From assembly GCA_964016885.1 (NCBI GenBank), contig OZ024742.1, positions 37,076,001 through 37,140,000 on the forward strand: a stretch of 64,000 nucleotides of DNA, read 5' to 3'. Position 1 is the stretch's first letter, and each line of letters opens with the position of its first letter. The DNA comes from Eledone cirrhosa. Taxonomy: Eukaryota. Under the pieces are notes generated by a model that made no database searches, was not told the origin of the DNA, and saw only the letters and a list, made by a program, of their open reading frames with translations. Positions 41,308-49,785 of the stretch are shown in pieces. Both the position numbers and the translations under genes were made by a program.

Positions 41308-41421
41308 CAGTTGCAGGCTTTAAAACGTAAAATAGACAAACTCCATAAAAAATTCTGTGAAAGAGTCATTGATGAAAGCACTTATATAGAACGACTGGAG
41401 CCATATGTGGCTGTCTTAACT
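41308..41421 (+). CDS. Coiled-coil protein gene, internal exon E (QLQALKRKIDKLHKKFCERVIDESTYIERLEPYVAVLT)
   Basis: ttttgCAG acceptor (tandem CAGCAG), 114 nt open in phase 0, ACT|GTAAGT donor. Confidence 0.85.
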
Positions 41422-41564
41422 GTAAGTAAGAGAAATTTTGTTTGAATTTCTGAGATGAGAAAGTGCATAACCGACTGGTTAGGTTAGTGAGTTTGGCTCT
41501 TCATCTGTGACAACCTGTCCAATCCATGCGATCATGGAAAAACAGACATTAAATGATGATGTTA

Positions 41565-41636
41565 TCTATCTATCTATGATGTATGTATGTAGGTATGTAT
41601 GATGTATGTATGTATATATGATGTATGTATGTATGT
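41565..41636. repeat. (TATC)/(TATG)n microsatellite
   Basis: Directly visible. Confidence 0.9.
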
Positions 41637-41799
41637 GGTCCTGCAACTCCTCATAGAGTCGTATGGTCACCATATTGACATATGCCGTTTCTTGGACATT
41701 TTAAGCCTGGCAGAGCCCATCCCTCTCCAGCCCTGAGTACAGCAGATTTCTTCCAGAAAAAGATAGAAAGTGAGAGAGAGGAAATGAGAAAGAGATATA

Positions 41800-41950
41800 G
41801 AGGAAGAATCAACCCCAGTACTAGACTGGTACTTTTTTTTACCAACCTCGAAAGGGTGAAAGGCAAATTTGAACTCCGAGAGCAGAGAGCCAGAACGAAT
41901 ACCATATAGCATTCTATCTGATGTTCTAACGGCTCTACCAATTTGCCACC
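41800..41950 (-). mobile_element. SINE (GAGTTCAAAT family), reverse orientation
   Basis: Reverse complement reads GGTGGCAAATTGGTAGAGCCGTTAGAAC...GAGTTCAAATTTGCCTTTCACCCTTTCGAGG. Confidence 0.75.
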
Positions 41951-42449
41951 TATATATATATAAAGAGAGAGAGAGAGAGAGATATGTATGTATGCATATA
42001 TAAAAGAGAAAATAGAGCTAGAGGTATCTGCTTTTTTTAGGCAAATTCACGTTTTTCTAAAGTGGATGTGTAACAAAAGGGAAGAAGCAACTTACCAGTT
42101 AGTTAGTTGTGCTCAATGTAATCAAAGGAGTTGTGTAACATAAATATCTTGATGATACGAGATGCATCACTGAGTATGGTACATAGGTTCCAAGGATTAT
42201 TCCACAGAGTATTATAATATATACAGGATATCTATACTTGTTTAAGGTTAATATGCTGGTGCGTCCATTATCTAAAGGGTAATGTAGTATAAGTGTACTA
42301 TAAGTTAGTTGTGGTTGTGTATGTATGAAAGTGAGATGCGTGTATTACCTAAGCTAGTGCTATAGAATATATATAATGGTATGGAGGTTGATCAGTGGTA
42401 TAGATGCAAGGTTGTCGACATAAGGAATAGGAGAATTTAGAAGATTGTG

Positions 42450-42680
42450 TTAATATTGATGGTATTTTGAAAAGGTTTTCAGAGTTCTGTGTTGGCAATT
42501 AAAAATTCTGTCATATCTTGAGTTTAATAGATCTTTTCCTAACATAATCTCCAGTACTTCCAAGGAGCAGAGATCGCAATTGCATCTCTTCCCCTGATAT
42601 AACCTAGCAGATCGTAAAATTGACAATGATAACTCATAGACTATATTACTCTGTTTCAAATCCCAGATTTTCTTCACAAG
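42450..42680 (-). mobile_element. Penelope-like element, C-terminal (GIY-YIG-associated) fragment
   Basis: SILRSARLYQGKRCNCDLCSLEVLEIM..DLLNSRYDRIFNCQH fits the 'A..Y....C.LC..E...I....LLN.R.....C.H' ending of Penelope-like ORFs. Confidence 0.65.
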
Positions 42681-42754
42681 CAGTTAATTTCTGCAGGTCC
42701 AGATTTTTAAACAAGTGGGTGTGCACATATAGTTTTTTTTTTTTACATGTTTAT

Positions 42755-43545
42755 AAGTTCCCAAAAGGTTCATTGAAAATAGTAGAAAGCTTCTGCTATC
42801 TTGGTGATCTCATTAGTAGTGGTGATGGATGTACCAAACCTATTATAGTGAGAGTGAGAATGAGTTGGAAGAAGTTCAGGGTACTGTCACCTCTAGCAAT
42901 AAAAAGCTTTTCTATCAGTGAAGGGCAAATAATTTTATGCATGCATTCAAACTTGCAAGGCAATGAGACTGTGATCTGAAGTGGTTCGACCTACCTTGTG
43001 TCTCCAATTTACTCCGGACCAAGTCATCCACAGTCCATGTGACTTATACCTGACTGAGGATAACAGAAACTCTCTTATGTTTGCACAACATGTCCGCACT
43101 CGACCACGTCCTCAGGGGAAAGAGGCAGTCAATAGATCCTGCACCCCCATGTGACCCCACTCATCCTTCCACTTTTGGTAAGGCGTCCCCCAACTTCCAA
43201 CTGTCCTACAGAGACATGGACAACAAGTGCAAAAGATTTGTGGCAACTAAAAAGAAATGAAGCACATGCTTCACTGAATGTGCAATGTTTGTGGGCATGA
43301 ACAACAGAGAAGAAATGAACTGAGAGAAAAGTTGGGTATAAGAGGAATTGAATGTTACATGTAAGAAAGACAATTGCACTGGTATGAACATGTGATGTAG
43401 GAGAAAAAGTGTCAAGTGCTTAAATTGGATAGAACCTGTGGAAGAGGGTGACCAAAGAAGAGTGGTGATAAATAACCTAAAAAGCTGAACCTCACAAAAG
43501 GACTGAATGTACTGATGATATGCCATTATACAAAAGACCCATTCA
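42755..43545 (+). mobile_element. LINE 3' fragments (RTE-X-like) split by an unclassified ~230-bp insert at ~42975-43205
   Basis: LKIVESFCYLGDLISSGDGC...RVRMSWKKFR in ORF 42620..42979. A related downstream part continues after ~43205. Confidence 0.65.
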
Positions 43546-43629
43546 CCAATACAAACACTGTGACACTAAAAATAAACGTGGGAAGAAACCAAAAACTACA
43601 TCGTTTGGCAATTGAACAGAGACAAAATA

Positions 43630-43873
43630 CAGTCAAAGAGGACTCTGGACAATCATGTGACAACCTCTCTGGTGTTGGTGCCATGATAGAATGCACCCAG
43701 TCCACTCTGTAAAGTGGTAGTGCTGGTGCCATGAAAAAATGCAGCCAGTACACTCTGTAAGGTGGTTGGTGTTAGGAAGGGGATCCAGCCATATGAGTGA
43801 AATGAGGTCACTCCAACCTGTCTGATCTCAATCCATCACAATCCATGCTGACATAAAAACAATGAAAATGATG

Positions 43874-43875
<2 letters not shown>
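43630..43875 (+). mobile_element. Interspersed repeat (GTGGTTGGTGTTAGGAAGGGCATCCAGC family) with a small internal duplication
   Basis: The same motif occurs at ~30760-30810. GGTGCCATG..ATGCA.CCAGT.CACTCTGTAA is duplicated internally. Confidence 0.6.

Positions 43876-43877
<2 letters not shown>

Positions 43878-43916
<39 letters not shown>
43878..43916. repeat. (TA)n microsatellite
   Basis: Directly visible. Confidence 0.95.
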
Positions 43917-43920
<4 letters not shown>

Positions 43921-44256
43921 ACTTACATATAGTGGTAAAATTCTAAAAGAGAGCCCTTCAATTTTTGCTAACTTGCAAGGTCGCTGGATTCTGACTAATG
44001 AGGATGAATCATGTGTCTGAATGTGTGTTTCTGTGTTTTTGTTTACTGTTTTGTTTATGTCCCATAGTTTAACAGTTTAACAAGCAGTGAACCTTAAAAA
44101 TAAGTATCAAATTTGAAAAGAAAGTTCTGGGGATCAATATGATTGAAGCAGGTACTCCAGTGTGACCACAGTCTGATGACTGAGACTGGTAAATAGATTA
44201 AAAGAATGATAGACTGAAAGAATAAAAGAACCTCAATGTTGTTATATTTCTTACAG

Positions 44257-44402
44257 GAGGATATGCAAATTCTAGAAATGAAAGAATCAGAAATTTTAAC
44301 TTCAGAGGTTTCAATGGAGGAAGAAATTACTGTAATGGAAGAACAGAAAACTATTTTCAATAGTGCAGCTAATAAAATAAGAAAAACAATAAAGAAGAAG
44401 CG
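44257..44402 (+). CDS. Coiled-coil protein gene, internal exon F (EDMQILEMKESEILTSEVSMEEEITVMEEQKTIFNSAANKIRKTIKKK-R)
   Basis: tttcttacAG acceptor, 146 nt open, CG|GTAAGT donor (phase 2). No stop, so the gene continues downstream. Confidence 0.88.
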
Positions 44403-44479
44403 GTAAGTTGATGATGATAAAATGGATCCCCCATCAGTTTTGATGACCATTCAGTTGTTCTGTTCGATCAACTATATGT

Positions 44480-45300
44480 CCAACTCATGAGTATTTCACA
44501 GACATATGTGTATCTTCAATATAGTTCCTAGGGAAATTAAGTGTAACACAATATGTAACATGACTGCTCCTTTAAATTACATGTAAAAAAACAAAAAAAA
44601 CACCTTGTCTGAGTTGTGCCTCGGAGGGGAACTTTCTAGGTACAAAACCCATGGCCAGGTGTGAGCCTTGCGAGCTGGAATAGCTCTTCCAGCGCATCTC
44701 CCTCATCATCCTCTGGGGAAACGCCTTCTCCATTCTGTATGCCTGGGCCATGGGACGGTCAGCGCGTGAGCCCCCATTTGCTCATAATAGTGAGAGATGG
44801 GGAGACTGAGGCAGTGAGAGTTTGGTTCCTTTGTGTTCGGACCTTGTGTATGTGTATATGTTTCACGGGGACACACTCATGAATGAAAAGTCAAATTGTG
44901 GTGATCCTTGAGTTTAACAATGATAATGACAACAAGAATGATGGTAGTTATCAATAAACGCTATTTATGACTGAAGGGGATCTTTACCCTTTGTGTAAGT
45001 AGCTGACTATTCCACTTGTATATATATATACCCTTAACATAATTAGTATGTCACTATAAGGTAAAATCAGTATGACACTATAAGTGACAGGCACCCCTTT
45101 GAATTACAGATGAAGTCCATCCTGTATTAGAGAATAAGTGGCTGAGTATTCCACAAACACATGTACCTTTAGAATGATTATTAGGCAAAATCAGCATGGC
45201 AAACTATGTGACAAAACTGGACCTTTGAATTACAGGTATATTCCATCTTATACTATAGTGTAAGTGACTGAGTATTCCACAGACATGTGCACTTTTTGTG
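44480..45300 (+). repeat. Cluster of degenerate ~120-130-bp repeats (TGAGTATTCCACAGACA...CTTTGAATTACAG)
   Basis: Related copies at ~44485, ~45000, ~45140 and ~45265 (partial). Probably SINE-derived. Confidence 0.6.
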
Positions 45301-45447
45301 GAAGAGCTTGAGAAGAAATTCTTGTTGTGTAGAAACAAAACTTAGAATGAAAAGGGCTGAGTAAACTTTAGTGATTAGGAAAGAGAACGAGACCTTAATT
45401 CCATCAGAGAAGTGGCCTTGCCAAACTATATTGTTACTTTAATAAAA

Positions 45448-45477
45448 TACCCGGGCATTGCCGGGTACCTCAGCTAG
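45448..45477 (+). mobile_element. Helitron-like 3' terminus
   Basis: GC-rich hairpin TACCCGG-gcattg-CCGGGTA followed 6 nt later by CTAG|T, the canonical Helitron 3' signature. The 5' end was not identified. Confidence 0.65.
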
Positions 45478-45655
45478 TTATATATAAATGTGTATGTGTG
45501 TGTGCGCGCGCAAGTGTATGTACTTGTGTGTGTAAACCAGCAAAACACGACCATCACTGACAACAAATGCGGAGAGAGAATCCCTCATGGTTGATTCCCA
45601 ACCTGCTAGAAATAGCATTGAGACTCGGGATATTTTTCTTCTTTGATTTTATAAA

Positions 45656-46103
45656 ATCTAAACTATAATAAAGTAAGAAGCGCGGGACTGCGTACGGTTT
45701 ATAATTTTTTTTATCCCCTTAGTAAAATAAGTTGGATTACTTTGAATAAATAATGAATGAACATTACATAATTGATCTACTAAATTTCGTGGCTGTTCAT
45801 TAAATATATTTTATTACTTATTTAAAGATTCACTTCTTTAAAATTGTCAAATGTCAACACTTCCGGTTAGTGATCGTTTAAATAAATATTCATATATTTC
45901 CATCACTAATTTTCTCCTAATGCAGTTTATATATAATATCGTCTTTTTTTTAATGTATCGTGAATTACGTTACTGATTACATAAGACAGTGTAACAGTCT
46001 TTGTTCAATCTCTGTGTATATTGTCAATTACGATTTTATTTGATGTATCATATCTACATTTATATATACTTGCGTATAATATCAACAATATACACACTAC
46101 ACA
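45656..46103 (+). repeat. Left arm of ~445-bp inverted repeat
   Basis: Reverse complement of 48381-48824, roughly 90-95% identical by manual alignment (e.g. AAGAAGCGCGGGACTGCGTACGGTTT vs AAACCGTACGCAGTCCCGCGCTTCTT). Confidence 0.95.
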
Positions 46104-46510
46104 AACTAAACATCTTGAGGCAAGTCAGCACGCTCGCAGTATTACCACGGATGATGGCGAGGCTATGGCGCTGAAATAACCAGCCACCCCAACGGGCATC
46201 ACCTGACACCTCAGTAAAGTGAGCCGCCAGCGAGGACAAAAACTTCAACAGGCTGGAAAAAATAATTATTTGATAAGTCCAGGTATTTCCAAATTTTATT
46301 CCGTTCGGCAATGGAAGCAGTGACCTCCACATTTACCACAGCGTCCATGATGTGGGAGGAAGCAAAAGAGTCACTGACTGAGGTGTCTCAAATGAAACAC
46401 CTACCTCTCACCCAGGGACAAAAGGTAAGGCTTTCTGGTCCCTTCCCATCACTTCTCCATAAACCAGAATTATGGAAGTCTACAGGTTCCCGTTCCACGG
46501 AGGTAAGCCC
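46104..46510 (-). pseudogene. Decayed C-terminus of a CRE-clade non-LTR retrotransposon ORF (restriction-like PD-(D/E)xK endonuclease)
   Basis: Manual - strand translation: EREPVDFHNSGLWRSDGKGPESLTFCPWVRGRCFI*DTSVSDSFASSH...TASIAERNKIWKYLDLSNNYFFQPVEV, then after a frameshift FLSSLAAHFTEVSGDARWGGWLFQRHSLAIIRGNTASVL. This fits 'EPxGL.R.DGKRPDG.T..PW..G....WD.T..D..A...AE..K..KY......F.P...FQRLS.AI.RGNAAS'. Confidence 0.8.
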
Positions 46511-47309
46511 CTCATACTTTAGTTATTTTTCTTCCAAAGGCATTAAAATAAATGTTTACAATTATTACTGACATCAATAGAGACAGGATGTCATTAAAAT
46601 TAGAGAAATATATCGAAGTTTATCCAGTGTTATTCCAAGTGACAACATTAATAGGAGAAAAAGAAAAGAACCATTAACTTATATTCTACGTATTGACAGT
46701 GTAATATATTTATAGGGTTCCTAACGATAATTAATTGATTATATGTATGTATTTCTATTTAATCTTATATATTTGTTATCTGGCGATAAAATGTATGTAT
46801 ACTTGAAATCGGTACGGGTAAGAGGTTGATAGAAATGGAAATCTGGTTTATTCGACGACAGACCTTAGGTTTCCTTGCTTGACAAGATGAACATAGTTTG
46901 ATAATGTTGAATTATCTTATAGCGATGGAAATTTTAGCTCTTTGGGTCTCCGAATCATCTCCCTACTGGCTGCTATTAGGACGGAGTTGGCTACCCATAT
47001 GTGTTGGAATGTCCTTCACCCTTGCTCCCTCATTATCATCCACGGTAAGACGTTCTCCATTCTGTCCACTGGGATCGGAGTTAGCGTTGATATAGGTTGC
47101 TGATATGGCCAATGAAACCCCGAAAGAATTTGACGTACTCTCTCGTGTGTGTAGCGTTGAGTATCATTTTTAAAACCCGCGTCAAACGATTTTCTCATTT
47201 AACTTCCAACAAAATCAATATTGAAGTTTGGGTTAGCATCTCTTTATCTATCTGACTCTCTCTCTCTGTATATGTACACACACAGATTATATATAAATAA
47301 GTGTATGCC

Positions 47310-48164
47310 ATGCTTATTTTGTTTTTATTGCCCAACATTTTTTCTGTCTGCTTTTGTTCTTATATGGTGGAGTCATATCCAAATACATCTATTTATTGCA
47401 ATGGCACTGCTCAAAGTCCTATCAATATCGATACATTTTATATTAAAATAACTCTAATCAACAAGTTCTCATATATAAACAGAACCCGAATGGAATATTA
47501 TATGTTTATCAATGACAATATTTTGAAAATACAAATCGTAGGATTGTATCTTTTGAAAGGAGGTAACCTTAATGATACTTATATGCTCCTTCACATTCAT
47601 TTCTTTTGGAATTCTGGAAATATCACTCACGGATCTGAACATTCTATCAATAACCGGAGATTTCCACTGGAAATGCATATGATAAATCAGAATTCTCGTT
47701 ACAGGGACTTAGTTTCTGCATTAAACTATTGGAATGGTATGGCCATAGTGGTATTTTTCTTTGAATTAAGTAACTTTGACAACCCTAATCTCGATGAAAT
47801 TATCAACAATATTCCTTATGCAAACACAAGTCAAATGCTGACAGACTTCCAACTTAATCAGTTAATATCGAAAACATTAGACAGTTCTACAATTTATCAG
47901 TACAATGGTAGCCTAACAAATTTTCCTTGTTATGAGTGTGTTCTATGGATAGTTATTGATTCACCTATTCCTATATCTATTAGACAACTAAAACAAATCT
48001 GGAAAATAAGTGACAGCGATTATCTTGCCCGTAGTAATATCCATCCACAACGGCCACATAATAGACGAGCAATTCTTAAAATTGTATCAGCAGTTGATAA
48101 AACTATTAGTTTTAATCTGTTATTAGTCGTTTTTCAATGTTATATATTTAGTTTAAATATTTAA
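47310..48164 (+). CDS. Intronless alpha-carbonic anhydrase-like protein (284 aa), secreted and probably GPI/membrane-anchored, likely catalytically impaired (CARP-like)
   Basis: ORF 47301..48164, first in-frame ATG 47310 in gccATG context. Motifs CNGTAQSPINI, HIHFFW, GSEH, FPLEMH, YQYNGSLTNFPCYECVLWIV, PISIRQL, NIHPQRPHNRR. Hydrophobic N- and C-termini. Confidence 0.92.
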   Translation: MLILFLLPNIFSVCFCSYMVESYPNTSIYCNGTAQSPINIDTFYIKITLINKFSYINRTRMEYYMFINDNILKIQIVGLYLLKGGNLNDTYMLLHIHFFWNSGNITHGSEHSINNRRFPLEMHMINQNSRYRDLVSALNYWNGMAIVVFFFELSNFDNPNLDEIINNIPYANTSQMLTDFQLNQLISKTLDSSTIYQYNGSLTNFPCYECVLWIVIDSPIPISIRQLKQIWKISDSDYLARSNIHPQRPHNRRAILKIVSAVDKTISFNLLLVVFQCYIFSLNI

Positions 48165-48251
48165 TATCTCTATTGTATATTTTATTCACCTCTTACAGGG
48201 TGGAGGAGGTGAAGTTTTTTATTTATTTTATTTTTTTTGTATAAGTTGAAA

Positions 48252-48257
48252 AATAAA
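48252..48257 (+). terminator. Putative polyadenylation signal for the CA-like gene
   Basis: AATAAA ~88 nt after the stop, followed by GT/T-rich sequence (TGTTATTGTT). Confidence 0.45.
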
Positions 48258-48380
48258 GACAAATGTTATTGTTATATATTTACAAAATTTATTTCGTTTC
48301 TGGACACCTTTCTACAGGTGTAGAAACTATCCCAATGGAAAATTATATTTACTAGCAGAAATACCACCCTTCTGCTAGCA

Positions 48381-48824
48381 TGTGTAGTGTGTATATTGAT
48401 ATTATACGCACGTATATATGCATGTAGATATAATACATCAAATAAAATCGTAATTGACAATATACACAGAAATTGAACGAAAACTGTGTTACACTGCCTT
48501 GTGTAATCAGTAACGTAATCCATGATACATTAAAAAAAGACGATATTATATATAAACTGCATTAGGAGAAAATTAGTGACAGAAATATATGAATATTTAT
48601 TTAAACGATCACTAACCGTAAGTGTTGACATTTGAAAATTTTAAAGAAGTGAATCTTTAAATAAGTAATAAAATATATTTAATGAACAGCCACGAAATTT
48701 AGTGAATAAATTATGTAATATTCATTCATTATTTATTCAAAGTAATCCAACTTATTTTACCAAGGGGATAAAAAATGTTAAACCGTACGCAGTCCCGCGC
48801 TTCTTATTTTATTATAATTTAGAT
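48381..48824 (-). repeat. Right arm of ~445-bp inverted repeat
   Basis: Reverse complement of 45656-46103. Confidence 0.95.
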
Positions 48825-49119
48825 ATCAATAATGTTTTCAATTTCATGGCGAAAGTTGTGTATAATAGTTAGTAAAATTAGTTTCGTTTGAAGTTGTTAG
48901 TTTTGCTGTTTAGTTTTATCAATAATAGTAGAATAATAAAAATATATGAAACGAAGTTTAGTTAAGGATATTCCAGTTGAGATGGCACTAAGGAAGTACA
49001 TGGAAATATTTCCAGCAGCTAAGCAACTTTACACCTCTTTCTTTTTATTTTATTTTTATCTTTTTTAAATTCTATTTCTAGTAAGTGATCTCTGGTTATT
49101 TGTACTTATTTCAACTTTC

Positions 49120-49785
49120 AGAGTTACAGCCCTTTATGGTTTGAGTTCAAATCCCGCCGAGGTTAACTTTGCCTTTCATCCTTACGGGGTCGATAAAATA
49201 AAGTACCAGTAATGCGCTGGGATAATTGCTGGTCTTGTGCCAAAAGTAGAAACAATTATTAATTCTTTCATCTGAGTTCAAATCCCGCCGAGGTTAACCT
49301 TGCCTTTCATCCTTACGGGGTCGATAAAATAAAGCACCAATAATGCACTGAGGTCGATTTAATCGACTTTACCCTCTCCAAAAATTGCTGGCCTTGTGCC
49401 TATATAAGAAATCATTATTAATTTTTTCATCGGGCAGTGGATTGGCAGTATCGGTAGAGGGTCAGACGTCATGCTTTGACGCATAGAATTACGGCCCTCT
49501 CCATTTTGAGTTCAAATCCCGCTAAGGTCAACTTTGCCTTTCATCCTTACGGGGTCGATAAAATAAAGTACCAGTAATGTACTGAATAATTGCTGGCCTT
49601 GTGCCAAAAGTAGAAACAATTATTAATTCTTTCATAATTACGGGGTCGATAAAATACCAGTAACACACTGGATGCGATTTAATCGACTTTCTCCTCCATC
49701 AAAATTATTGGCCTTGTGCCTAAATCAGAAACCAATATTAACCCTTTCACAAGCATGCTGCATTGGCAGAATTGGTTGAGCACCT
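49120..49785 (+). mobile_element. Head-to-tail cluster of 3-4 SINE copies plus a final SINE head
   Basis: GAGTTCAAATCCCGC..AGGT.AAC.TTGCCTTTCATCCTTACGGGGTCGATAAAATAAAG.ACCA at ~49143, ~49274 and ~49508, partial copy at ~49638. A-box-like TGGCAG.AT.GGT at ~49443 and ~49764. Confidence 0.85.

Noticed and set aside
27800-44402. Assigning a gene symbol to the coiled-coil gene
   Set aside because: The peptide is generic coiled coil with no diagnostic motif that I recognise, so a homology search is needed.
45640-48840. Target-site duplication flanking the inverted-repeat cassette
   Set aside because: The flanks (…TTTGATTTTATAAA and ATCAATAATG…) show no convincing direct repeat, and the outer ends are ambiguous by ~10-15 bp, so no transposon superfamily is assigned.
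48946-49070. Short ORF MKRSLVKDIPVEMALRKYMEIFPAAKQL… as a possible next host exon
   Set aside because: No convincing pyrimidine tract with a phase-2-compatible open frame and donor, and no recognisable homology.
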